Counted from the stretch's first letter, positions 39,550 to 48,807 are shown. The stretch: DNA of 64,000 bases from an uncultured Nitrospiraceae bacterium (GCA_963727775.1 CAVSHB010000001.1:864001-928000); one strand, 5' to 3'. Program-made: numbers and translations. Notes: generated by a model from the sequence alone, not told the origin.

Positions 39550-40785
39550 TAGTGCTTTAGCAATATTATATGCAACGGGAGGCGCAACTGAATTACCGAT
39601 AACTCCGATTGCCATATAAACGGGACAATCAAACTTCCAATAACTCGGAAATCCTTGTATAACTGCACAGTCCTCAACTGACAACCTAAAGTGGTTGTTT
39701 GTCGGTGGAAATAATCTTGCTTCTTCTCTATTTCTTGCAACGCCATTCGGCCATATTTGTAGCTTATCCCATTTCCGCAGTGCTGCTGTGCTACTAAGAA
39801 TGGATGTTGTATGTCTTGGCCCTGTCAATCCGCTACGTAATGTTGGAGCAAGCGAGTCATATCCGATTGAAGGTAATCCTAATGCCTCTCTAACCCCCAT
39901 GCATCTCTCAAGATTATCTGCTGAAGAATCTGCAAATAAGGTCAATGCTGCATCTGCTCTGTCTTCCAAAAAGCGACTTGCACTATGAGTAGGCTGTGGT
40001 TGTTTGAATTGTTTTGAAATATATCTCTTATTTGTCCCTACAAAGAAGATTCTTCTCCTTACTTGTGGAACGCCAAAATCATACGCATTAAGTCTAATAA
40101 TTGAAATGTCATAGATAATTTCCAATGGTTTTAAAATTACGCTTGATACATAATCCTTGAATTGCTTACTACCTAATGAAGGAACATTCTCGGCAACAAA
40201 ACATAATGGCTCTGCCTCAAGAACAGCACGAACAAATTCTGGGAACATATCTCTACTATCATTTTTGCCCAGTTGTTTGCCTGCTGTTGAAAAAGGCTGG
40301 CAAGGTGGACCTCCATGAATAACATTGACTTTTCCCCTATACTTCTTCCAATTGACTTTTCTGACATCACCCTTCTCCCCAGAATAAACGTTAATACTCG
40401 GATGATTATTCGTTAATATTTCAGCCCCAATTTCTAATATTTCGTATGAAGCAATATGTGTAAACCCTGCTAATTCAAATCCTATATCTAAGCCTCCACA
40501 GCCACTATATAATGAAATCGCTGTAAGTCCTTTCTTCTTAATCTGTTTCATAACATCTTCTGGTTTGAATAGGGGCATATTTATATCATGAATAGGTGAC
40601 GGCCCTTCTCCATTCAGAGCTTTTTTCTTTAGGCTGGCAGAGGACTTAGACCTGTTACTGTAAACTTCTCTTTCTTTATCGGTCAACGACCATCCATTAT
40701 ACCAAGGAGCTTCAGTGCCTCGATAATAATGTTCCAAGACCGCTTTTGATTTGTTGGTTTTTTGTTTTTTCATCTCTTTTATCAT
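39535..40785 (-). CDS. DNA (cytosine-5)-methyltransferase 2
   Basis: LYSGCGG, GGPPCQPFS, ENV, QVRRRIF, QGFP, IGNSVAPP. Confidence 0.95.
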   Translation of the reverse strand: MIKEMKKQKTNKSKAVLEHYYRGTEAPWYNGWSLTDKEREVYSNRSKSSASLKKKALNGEGPSPIHDINMPLFKPEDVMKQIKKKGLTAISLYSGCGGLDIGFELAGFTHIASYEILEIGAEILTNNHPSINVYSGEKGDVRKVNWKKYRGKVNVIHGGPPCQPFSTAGKQLGKNDSRDMFPEFVRAVLEAEPLCFVAENVPSLGSKQFKDYVSSVILKPLEIIYDISIIRLNAYDFGVPQVRRRIFFVGTNKRYISKQFKQPQPTHSASRFLEDRADAALTLFADSSADNLERCMGVREALGLPSIGYDSLAPTLRSGLTGPRHTTSILSSTAALRKWDKLQIWPNGVARNREEARLFPPTNNHFRLSVEDCAVIQGFPSYWKFDCPVYMAIGVIGNSVAPPVAYNIAKALSRIL

Positions 40786-40934
40786 ATCACCTTAACGGAT
40801 TTCTATGGTGAAAATCCTCGTCAGTTTGTTTGTAATGAATTATGTCCGCTGAATATGAATGAAAACATTCATTTTGGGAAAAAGCATTGAATTTCAAGGT
40901 TACAATGAAGAGTTTCATGGATCAATTTGATATC

Positions 40935-41047
40935 TTTACAAAATATACAATTTTGTAAAATTTAAGGGTTAAAACTCGCAATAAAACCAAGGAATTGAGC
41001 GGTTTTCAGGCAAAATAACTTTACATTTGTGCTATAAGTAATGTAAA
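40935..41047. promoter_or_regulatory. Paired palindromes, candidate resolution/binding site of the adjacent recombinase
   Basis: TTTACAAAAT-ATACA-ATTTTGTAAA (40935-40959) and TTTACATT-N12-AATGTAAA (41020-41047). Confidence 0.55.
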
Positions 41048-41077
41048 ATATCATATGATAAACAAAGGATATCAGCC

Positions 41078-41662
41078 ATGTTGCCCATATTAAGGAGCAA
41101 AAAAGACCTAACAATTGCATTCAGTCAGAAGCTTCCAAAATATTTCCATAAGCACGAGATCGATGCAATCCTTGATACCGTCAAGCATAATGACAAGTAT
41201 GCTCTCTTGATAAACTTGTTATGGCAAACGGGTGCAAGGGTTTCGGAGATTCTAAATCTCAAGGTCGGGGACATAGATTTTCATAGCAAGGCATTACGAA
41301 TAATTACTCTAAAACAAAAGAACCACCCACAGCGAGCACTTCCAATACAAGGAACACTTCTTGGACAATTAGGCGCGTATATCGCTCTGAAACAGCTTCA
41401 AAAAGACGCCTATTTATTGAAGTTAACAAGACAGAGAGCTCACCAAATAATAATGGATGCTGTTCTAAAGGCTGGCTTTGACAAAGAAAGAGCCCATCCT
41501 CACACATTTAGGCACTCGTTTGCGGTGTTTTCAGTGCTGTCGGGAGTTCCAATTCTGGTAGTAAAAAATTGGTTAGGGCACAGTAATATCCAAAGTACCC
41601 TTGTTTATATGCAAGTACTGGGGAGTGATACGAGGAACTTTTACGAAGGTCTTCAATTCTGA
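41078..41662 (+). CDS. Small tyrosine recombinase (catalytic domain only, resolvase-like)
   Basis: TGARVSE, HPHTFRHSFA, LGHSNIQSTLVY; 194 aa. Confidence 0.9.
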   Translation: MLPILRSKKDLTIAFSQKLPKYFHKHEIDAILDTVKHNDKYALLINLLWQTGARVSEILNLKVGDIDFHSKALRIITLKQKNHPQRALPIQGTLLGQLGAYIALKQLQKDAYLLKLTRQRAHQIIMDAVLKAGFDKERAHPHTFRHSFAVFSVLSGVPILVVKNWLGHSNIQSTLVYMQVLGSDTRNFYEGLQF

Positions 41663-41808
41663 TTCTTTTAATATGCGAAAAGCAGGTCGAGTTTTGCCTT
41701 CTACACATATGGTCGCCTATCCTTCGGACTTGCCCACAATCATTTTACAGGCCCACCTTTACTGCCTTTACGAATCTATGTCTCGCGATATTTGATAACT
41801 ATTCAATA

Positions 41809-42660
41809 TTAATTGAGTTTTCTTAAATCATCCTGATGCTGTTTTTCTATCATCTCTTTTTCATTTCTCTCTTTTCGGTTTCGAGATTCATAAATATCAT
41901 GACTTATTGAGCTATAATAACTTTGCGGAATAATCAGTAAGAAACCGCGAACAGAAGTCAACACATCAGTAGTAGTTCTCTTAATAAGATATACATTCTC
42001 GTTATTCTGTCGCTTGAAGCATGTCACGGTCACCTTAACAGGTGGCATTTTAACATTCTTGGCATAGCCATACTCAACAAACCACGTATTCCCTTCTGCG
42101 GCGTTCTCAGATAAACTTTTGTAGACATCATCATAGCTGGATATATCCGTAAATGCCATTGCAAATTTATTTTTATAAAAGATGTAATAAACGTCATCTA
42201 AATAAATGGAATAAAACTCCTCCGGTATATCACTAAAATCTACTCCTCTAAGTCCCATAAAACTGGTTATTCCAGCACCTAAACACAAAGCAATAAGGTC
42301 GGCATCGTCTACATGCTGCTGGTCTAAGAAATATTTACCTTTCCATTGAGGATTGCCAGAACAATGCTTTATTTCTTTAAAGTTCTCAAATTCAACTCCC
42401 CAAGGCACCCCTTTATAGTTGCCACTTTTTTCTTCTACCTTTCTATCTTTTTCTGTAACCAAAGGTGAGTCGACAGGTGATCGTTTTTCTTGTTCCATTT
42501 GTTGCCAAGGTACCCAATGTTCTGTTTCCTTATTCCCAGTTTCTGTCTGCGACTGTTTACATGCAGTGAGACCTAAGAACATCATTGACGCACACAAAAC
42601 TGTAAGCATGAAATTACCATATGAGAAGAACCAGTTTTCTTTACCACAGTCTGTTTTCAT
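41809..42660 (-). CDS. Hypothetical lipoprotein
   Basis: Hydrophobic stretch ending in lipobox LTAC; start uncertain. Confidence 0.7.
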   Translation of the reverse strand: MKTDCGKENWFFSYGNFMLTVLCASMMFLGLTACKQSQTETGNKETEHWVPWQQMEQEKRSPVDSPLVTEKDRKVEEKSGNYKGVPWGVEFENFKEIKHCSGNPQWKGKYFLDQQHVDDADLIALCLGAGITSFMGLRGVDFSDIPEEFYSIYLDDVYYIFYKNKFAMAFTDISSYDDVYKSLSENAAEGNTWFVEYGYAKNVKMPPVKVTVTCFKRQNNENVYLIKRTTTDVLTSVRGFLLIIPQSYYSSISHDIYESRNRKERNEKEMIEKQHQDDLRKLN

Positions 42661-43114
42661 CTGTCCTTTTCATGTCCCATCCAAATATTTTAGCATTAGA
42701 TCTTTCTATAGTTTCTCTACACCACTTTTATTTAATTTATCCGATGTCAATTTCCACATTTGTCCTCTCTTATATCAGTTCCATTCATCTTTTGTGCTTT
42801 CATTTATCCTTCGATTAATGCTTTAATTTACATATTTATGTAATGAATCTGCAATGTTTCTACTGCTAATATTATCACCTTTTTATTCCACATTTCATAC
42901 TATATACATTCGTTCTTTTTGTCCACCTTTTGAAAACTTCTTGCTCCACTTTGAGCCTTTGGTTACTGTAACAATAATGTAACAGAAATTGTCTCTCTTT
43001 ACCTTAAAATATAGAAAATAGCCTAAAGGATGGAATGAAAAAACTCTTTAAAAATAAATAATTTATGTTAAAATCCAGATAGAAGGCCCAGGTACAAAAT
43101 TTATTGTTTTTGTT

Positions 43115-43164
43115 CTCTCAAGGCTAAAACACGGGTTCGAATCCCGTTGGGACCGCCAATAAAA
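43115..43164 (+). repeat. attR (duplicated tRNA-Glu 3' half)
   Basis: CTCTCAAGGCTAAAACACGGGTTCGAATCCCGTTGGGACCGCCAATAAAA; one mismatch versus 27933-27982. Confidence 0.95.
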
Positions 43165-43413
43165 ACAAAGGTTTACACGATTTTAGCCGGAACATTTTCA
43201 TCCGACCGTGAAGCAAACGCGAAGGTGAGTTTTGAGATGAGACTTCTTAACGAGTCCACATTGAGGTGCATAATGTAATTACAGAAATAGAAATTTAGAC
43301 TTGATCTTTATGAGACCTCAATTAGGAGATGTTAGATACATCTCCTTTTTCTTTAAGGTAGTAATTTGAATGATGAAGAAACAAGCGTGCGAGGAGCAAA
43401 GATACACTAATAC

Positions 43414-43899
43414 TCACTTTTCGTTGGCTTTTTTGAGAACTTCCTTATAGATTTTATCGCTCAGTCTGAAGTTTTTATGCTTGAGCTCATCAAGCAAAGG
43501 TTTGATCGAAGAGATTAGTCTGAGTTGTTTTGCCAACAATAAAATCCCGGCAAGCCCAATTATGTTGAACCCGGCAGAAGTTGCCGCAGTCCTGGCTCTC
43601 TCATCATCAATGATAAGCCAGTCAGCATTTAATTCCTTTCCAAGTACCAAGACCTCTGCTTCGCCCTGTCCAATTTCCGCAATAAACATTTCAACGGTAC
43701 GCCGATCTTTAATTGTCTTCCTTTTAATCCACTTAGAATTCAGTATTTCCTTGACTCCGGGCCTTCCTTTACCTCCGGTAACAACTTCATTGAAAACCGC
43801 ATCGGGAATGTAAACTTCTCCGCAGATTTGGTTTAGAAGCTCGATTTTTCTGATCTTGGCGAGCCCGATCAGGACAGTAGAATCGCAGACAACTTTCAA
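43414..43899 (-). CDS. PIN-domain protein (DUF3368-like)
   Basis: VVCDSTVLI, IPDAVFNEV, GEAEVL, IIDDERAR. Confidence 0.88.
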   Translation of the reverse strand: MKVVCDSTVLIGLAKIRKIELLNQICGEVYIPDAVFNEVVTGGKGRPGVKEILNSKWIKRKTIKDRRTVEMFIAEIGQGEAEVLVLGKELNADWLIIDDERARTAATSAGFNIIGLAGILLLAKQLRLISSIKPLLDELKHKNFRLSDKIYKEVLKKANEK

Positions 43900-44828
43900 C
43901 TTTTCAGAGCCTTCTTAAGCCTTTCCGAACTTTTCAACTCTTTCTCTAACTGTTCTTCGCTGTAATCTATGACGGCAACATTATTTTCCCCGAGAAACTC
44001 GATAAATTCCCACATCGAAAGACCTGATAATTCCGCAGATTTCCCCAGCGATAATATTTTGTCCTTATAGCATTTGAGGGCCAATAGTTTTTTTGTTTCC
44101 TTCGATATCATTTCTTTTGACAGACCATGAGAAGATAAGGTCTGGTAAAGGTCTTTCGGTAAATCTATAACCGCTTTTACTGCCATGACCGCCTCCAGTC
44201 TTTTAGTGAACCGATTTAATAAATCATAACATTTCACAAGAAAACTTAAAACACCTTTTGGTATTAAGAGTCCCGACTGAATAAAATTTCTTAGCTGGAT
44301 CTTTTTCCTGATTTCTTCTTTTATATTCTCTAACGGTATCATCAACCAATTAAACCCGAATGACATTGCATCACTCGATGCTTTTCTAATTCTTTCTCTA
44401 ACTTCGGTTTCTTCTCTGCCGGATGTATATTTATAGTAGGTCTCTTCCGAAGAGAAAATTTCAAACGCCTTCAAATAGTATTTGCTACTTTCTTCCTGCA
44501 TCATGTCTGCAAGCTCCAACATCAGTGCAAATATATTTTTCTCCTTCTTAACTTCTTTCCTTATTTCCCTTAATTGTTCCTCTTTTACTGGTTTATCCAT
44601 AACGATGCCTAAATCAATGAAAGCATCCTTAGCGGTATCACGTTCATATATCGATGCAAGACTCGGAAAGCCTTCAATTTCCAACGTCCTCAGATTCCTA
44701 TCGTATAACGCGAGATAGCCTTTATTTCCGGGGAGTTGGCTGATAGTGAGAAATTCTAAGTAGAATTTTATGAATTTATCAAAGGTAGGATCAATTTTTT
44801 CTTTCCAAGAACGGGTATTAGATGCCAT
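43896..44828 (-). CDS. Hypothetical domain in frame with a UPF0175-family antitoxin (internal start 44186)
   Basis: C-terminal LSLGKSAELSGLSMWEF; GGAGG RBS before the internal ATG 44186 (MAVKAV). Confidence 0.75.
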   Translation of the reverse strand: MASNTRSWKEKIDPTFDKFIKFYLEFLTISQLPGNKGYLALYDRNLRTLEIEGFPSLASIYERDTAKDAFIDLGIVMDKPVKEEQLREIRKEVKKEKNIFALMLELADMMQEESSKYYLKAFEIFSSEETYYKYTSGREETEVRERIRKASSDAMSFGFNWLMIPLENIKEEIRKKIQLRNFIQSGLLIPKGVLSFLVKCYDLLNRFTKRLEAVMAVKAVIDLPKDLYQTLSSHGLSKEMISKETKKLLALKCYKDKILSLGKSAELSGLSMWEFIEFLGENNVAVIDYSEEQLEKELKSSERLKKALKS

Positions 44829-45158
44829 GCCGAATTATATCAAATCTGAGATTAGCAGCGAAATTTAGTTTGCGGAGTACACCCCGCAAAAATCAGTATA
44901 TGATCCAAATAAATATATCAAAAAACTAACTATATAACTCTAACCAACAGGAATAAAAAAGAAAGCAATAAGACTTAATAGAACCCACAGGCAGAAAAAG
45001 AAGAAATGTCTACGGTCTGATTCTTCTCCAGGGTGGGGAATATCAAAGTACCGCCACTTATCAAGAAGGTTTTCAATAAAAAAGCCAATAGTAATTGTTA
45101 AACAGAAACCAGTAATAGCCCAGAAAGCTAACTTTTCAAAGAAAGTATGACACCCCGT

Positions 45159-45200
45159 TCTCAAGGCTAAAACACGGTTCGAATCCCGTTGGGATCGCCA
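45159..45200 (+). repeat. Third, degenerate tRNA-Glu 3' copy (older att site)
   Basis: TCTCAAGGCTAAAACAC-GGTTCGAATCCCGTTGGGATCGCCA; one deletion and one substitution versus attR. Confidence 0.9.
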
Positions 45201-45277
45201 ATTAAATCAAGCGGTTTACAGCGATATTGCGCATTCTCTCATTTCCGATTGTAGCCGATTTGTTTCACCTGATACAT

Positions 45278-46228
45278 CTACCCATGTTTCAATGTAATGA
45301 AAAAATCAGGTATGTATTCGTTAATTGTGCTTTTGATGTGTTTTTCCCATTTACCCGGTAGTGTGTCTAAATAGGATAAAGCTTTTTTAAGCATATCCGG
45401 ATTTTTCATTATTCCTCTTAAGAGACCGGCAGCCTGCATAAGGTCTTTCTCTTTTTTATCCTTTGTCTTTCTTTTCTGTGATACCAGAATTTTGTGGAAA
45501 GCTAATGTCCAAGGGTTCGGTACAAAATAAACATAATCCTCTTTCCCCATTTTTAAGGGTTGTTCAGACAACATCTGCAGGTACCGTAAAGGAGTTGCTT
45601 TTATTTTTAACGCACGTATAGGTACAGCTTTGTCAGAACCCTTGCCTTTTTCAGGTGTCAGAAACTCAACCTTAAATATACCGTTTGTAAAGTAGGTGGA
45701 ACCATCTGGAGCGAACCCTATCGAAAAACCCATAGGTTTTAGCATTGATTCAACATCGGTTTCTTTTCCCTTATACGGGATATTCAGCATAAAATCTATA
45801 TCCTGGGTCTTAATTGTGGGCAGAGTAAATCCTAGTTCATCTTGCATAACAGGCATACAGTAAGAGCCGATGAGAATTGATTTAATTCCGTGCTGAGAGA
45901 ATATTTTTATTATTTCTACGGCAGTAACCTTCTGTGTATTAATTGCCTTTGCTATAACACGAATATTGCCCAGGATTTCTTTTTTCTGTTTTTCCAGTAA
46001 CTGTCTTCTATTGATAGCCTCCAGAAGTTCAGAGGGCACCGCACCGCCCAACGAAACGGACTTTACCTTCCTGCCCTCCCTCCACTGCCGGTAATAGTAT
46101 GTTGATTTGCCGATTTTTTTTGCAGAGATGTTTCCAGCAGGTAATTCCTTGATATCTTCATTTATCCGGGCAAATTCTTTGATAAAGTATATATAGTTTT
46201 CCTGTAGGGTTTTCTCCACGACGCTCAT
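45278..46228 (-). CDS. Nucleotidyltransferase-fold protein (GSU2403-like) with N-terminal extension
   Basis: ILIGS, KTQDIDF, VEFLTP, LAFHKILVS, KKEKDL. Confidence 0.75.
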   Translation of the reverse strand: MSVVEKTLQENYIYFIKEFARINEDIKELPAGNISAKKIGKSTYYYRQWREGRKVKSVSLGGAVPSELLEAINRRQLLEKQKKEILGNIRVIAKAINTQKVTAVEIIKIFSQHGIKSILIGSYCMPVMQDELGFTLPTIKTQDIDFMLNIPYKGKETDVESMLKPMGFSIGFAPDGSTYFTNGIFKVEFLTPEKGKGSDKAVPIRALKIKATPLRYLQMLSEQPLKMGKEDYVYFVPNPWTLAFHKILVSQKRKTKDKKEKDLMQAAGLLRGIMKNPDMLKKALSYLDTLPGKWEKHIKSTINEYIPDFFITLKHG

Positions 46229-46431
46229 AATTAACTACATATTAACTACAATAAGATAATAAGTCAATAATGTAGTTAAAGAAATATAATGCTGAAAATG
46301 AAGAGAATCTATGTGCTTAAAAAGGCAGAATCAACGTTTGTCGTCTATGCGTAATAGAAAGAAATCAAGGACTAATGTAGGAATAAACTACATAGCGTCA
46401 ACATATGCCGACTGCCATGGGGAGACTCAAA

Positions 46432-46917
46432 TTATCCTTCTACGATGCTACGGTCATCCCACATGAACCAATTACCAGTATCCGAGAGGAATGAGTAAGT
46501 GTCCTGGAAAATGGCAAAGTGCTCTTTTTCATCCTTGATAAGACATTCAAAAAAAATCTTCTCCGCAGTATCCTTAGCCTCGGCAGCGGCTTTCTGGTAA
46601 AACTTAATTGTTTCTTCTTCCATCTTCATCGCCGTTTCGAGGGCCTGCAGTTCGTCGGTCGTTGCGGACACTCGCTGCAACATGGCTTCTTTGTTCTGCT
46701 CAAAGAGCGTTTTCATGTCTTGCAAGGGGGTCGTTTCAGTGGGTTTAATTTCCTGTCCCTGCGTAACCTTGGTCGCACAGGCGAGATGGTATTGTTCATC
46801 CTCAACAATACTAAGGAACATCTTCTTTCCGACAGGATTATTCGTTTTCCCGGAGCACTTCGTGTAGAAATCAATAGCTTCCTGCTCCATTTTTATTGCC
46901 GTTTCAATAGCGTTCAT
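46432..46917 (-). CDS. Rubrerythrin/ferritin-like protein
   Basis: Duplicated A(I/M)KME...FY...DExxH diiron motifs. Confidence 0.88.
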   Translation of the reverse strand: MNAIETAIKMEQEAIDFYTKCSGKTNNPVGKKMFLSIVEDEQYHLACATKVTQGQEIKPTETTPLQDMKTLFEQNKEAMLQRVSATTDELQALETAMKMEEETIKFYQKAAAEAKDTAEKIFFECLIKDEKEHFAIFQDTYSFLSDTGNWFMWDDRSIVEG

Positions 46918-46999
46918 TGTTCTCCTCCTTATCTACTACCTCAGAGACTGTAATAATTGAGGTCCTCTATATTAAGATTATTTAACCAGGACAAAATTT

Positions 47000-47437
47000 T
47001 TACTTCAACTCCCCGGCTTCAGCTTTCCCCAGTTCAATTTTTGCCGTTGCAAGTTTCTTATAATATTTCCGGGCTTTTTCCATATTCTTCGCTGTAATCG
47101 CTTTTAGAAGATCGCCTTCAACCTCCGCGATTTCGAGACGCTTGTAATAATCAAGCATTTCCATAAAGTGGGCCATGACAATCTTCCCGGTTAGCACAGG
47201 ATGATTATTCGTAACGTTATATTGTTTGAACATCAAGCCGTGTTCTAACTCGACTTCAAGTCCAATTCTGAAGTCTTCCAGAGGGATCTTCATTTTTTCA
47301 GTATTTACATGTGGCAGAATGATACGAGCCTCTTTCAAAGTAACCTGTGGTTTATTTAATTTTGTCCAGTCTCTGATCTTCAATTCTTTGCAAATTCTAC
47401 TTACCTCCTGGATAGAAATGTATTCCGGCAATTTCAT
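47000..47437 (-). CDS. DUF5661-like protein
   Basis: GLEVELEHG, KIVMAHF, DYYKRL; AAGGAGG RBS before ATG 47437. Confidence 0.7.
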   Translation of the reverse strand: MKLPEYISIQEVSRICKELKIRDWTKLNKPQVTLKEARIILPHVNTEKMKIPLEDFRIGLEVELEHGLMFKQYNVTNNHPVLTGKIVMAHFMEMLDYYKRLEIAEVEGDLLKAITAKNMEKARKYYKKLATAKIELGKAEAGELK

Positions 47438-47527
47438 GAAACCCTCCTTTGGTTTAGTATATAAATAGAATCGCTGAGGCAATTAATCCTTTTCTTGCCT
47501 CAGGTAAGAGCTTTTTCAATCAGCCCA

Positions 47528-47719
47528 TTAATATCGAACTCCTTGCTCTTTATATCCGCAACCCTCTTCTACAAACATTGATTTAGCCGCGCCACAGACG
47601 GGACAAACCCAGTCATCCGGCAATTCCTCAAAAGGCGTCCCTGGTTTGATCCCGGAATCAGAGTCACCTTGCGCAGGATCATAGACATAACCGCAAGCTG
47701 TACACACATATTTTACCAT
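47528..47719 (-). CDS. Rubredoxin
   Basis: [30 protein letters not shown]. Confidence 0.95.
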   Translation of the reverse strand: MVKYVCTACGYVYDPAQGDSDSGIKPGTPFEELPDDWVCPVCGAAKSMFVEEGCGYKEQGVRY

Positions 47720-47741
47720 TCGCCTTCCTCCTCCTTATGTA

Positions 47742-47993
47742 TTATAGTCCTATTGCTCGCCTGATTTCTGTTTCTTCAAAGCCGATGATGACTTCATCCC
47801 CAATAATAATCGTGGGAAAGCTGCACTCCGGATTGAACTTCCTCACATCTTCAAGAACAGCTATCCTTTCTTCATCAGGGAGCAGATCAACATCTGTAAA
47901 TTCATACTGAATAGCACATTCGTTCAACAACTTTTTGGTGGCCTTACAGTGAACACAGGTACTTAAGGTATAAAGTTTAATGGGTTTTTGCAT
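47742..47993 (-). CDS. Glutaredoxin-like protein
   Basis: LSTCVHC, SFPTIII, GF; own RBS AAGGAG before ATG 47993. Confidence 0.88.
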   Translation of the reverse strand: MQKPIKLYTLSTCVHCKATKKLLNECAIQYEFTDVDLLPDEERIAVLEDVRKFNPECSFPTIIIGDEVIIGFEETEIRRAIGL

Positions 47994-48542
47994 TCTATCT
48001 CCTTCTATGCTATTCTTTAAAAATTCTTTCCATCGCTTATATACTAAGACCTGTTCTATGAAGTTTTCTCGCAGGTCCGGATTATGCAGCCTCCTATCAT
48101 CTATGACCGGGATCAATGGAAAATAACGCATGAATGCTCCACCAAATATGCCCGTGCCCTTATTACTTGGCATCCCCGAGGAAGTATAGACTTTAATGCC
48201 GCTTATCCCGGAACTTGGCGACTTACTCTTGAAAATAAAACCGCAGAGATCCTCCTTTTCAAGCCGTCTTAATTTATCCTCAGCCCATTTTTTCATGCCC
48301 TTGGTATGGTCAACACCGGTTCTTACCGTTACAATACGGGGTGAGGCAGGATCACCGATCAGATGCATTGGTTCTCTTGGTACAGGAAGACCATATTCTA
48401 CTTCCGGACATACCGGAAACCATTCAAAATAATGCCCGAGCGTATCCGTTATCTATTGATCGAGCTTGTGTCCGCCGTCATACCGAACTTTTTCACCAAG
48501 GAGACAAGTACTTATTCCGATTTTGATCTTTTGCACGAGCAT
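47994..48542 (-). pseudogene. DUF523 (2-thiouracil desulfurase-like) pseudogene
   Basis: IGISTCLLGEKVRYDGGH, in-frame TAG at 48453-48455, VCPEVE, KSKSPSSG (Ser where Cys is usual); runs into the glutaredoxin without a stop. Confidence 0.8.
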
Positions 48543-48567
48543 GTTCCGGAAGTACAAGCAAGAAAAC

Positions 48568-48807
48568 TTATGCTAACGGTCCGTTATCGTCTTCAGCACT
48601 ATCTTCTTTCGTTCCCATTTCCTCAAGCGCCTTGCCGATTTCTTTTTGTGTGGCCTTCAGGCCATCCTTGCAAAACTTTATCAACTCAGATGCCCTTTTC
48701 ACCTTTGCCGTAAGAACATCGACGTCAACTTCTCCGGATTCTATTTCGCCGACAATTTCTTCAAGTTCGGTTATGGCAGAAGTATATGTCAGTTTATTCT
48801 TCTTCAT
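48568..48807 (-). CDS. xseB: Exodeoxyribonuclease VII small subunit
   Basis: YTSAITELEEIV...L...C; overlaps the xseA end. Confidence 0.88.
   Translation of the reverse strand: MKKNKLTYTSAITELEEIVGEIESGEVDVDVLTAKVKRASELIKFCKDGLKATQKEIGKALEEMGTKEDSAEDDNGPLA

Larger units (their letters stand above)
27933..43164. mobile_element. Integrative element (satellite/IME-like) inserted in tRNA-Glu
   Basis: 50-bp direct repeats with one mismatch at 27933-27982 and 43115-43164; int-xis-primase module; AT-rich cargo. Confidence 0.9.

Noticed and set aside
41078..41662. FimB/FimE-type invertible switch
   Set aside because: No pair of distant inverted recombination sites flanking a segment was found.
27991..43164. 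Complete prophage or ICE
   Set aside because: No recognisable capsid, terminase, tail, lysis, relaxase or T4SS genes.
44940..45164. 74-aa hydrophobic ORF
   Set aside because: Its start overlaps the third att copy and no RBS is evident; it may be a gene remnant but cannot be supported.
43115..45200. Extra tRNA-Glu genes at 43115 and 45159
   Set aside because: Only the 3' half from the anticodon loop onward is present, with no D arm or 5' acceptor strand.
47742..48368. Genuine DUF523-glutaredoxin fusion protein
   Set aside because: The upstream part is a pseudogene and the glutaredoxin has its own RBS and ATG.
48453..48455. In-frame TAG as pyrrolysine or programmed read-through
   Set aside because: The gene shows other decay (SPSSG motif, lost C-terminus), no pyl genes are in the window, and a single TAY-to-TAG change explains it.
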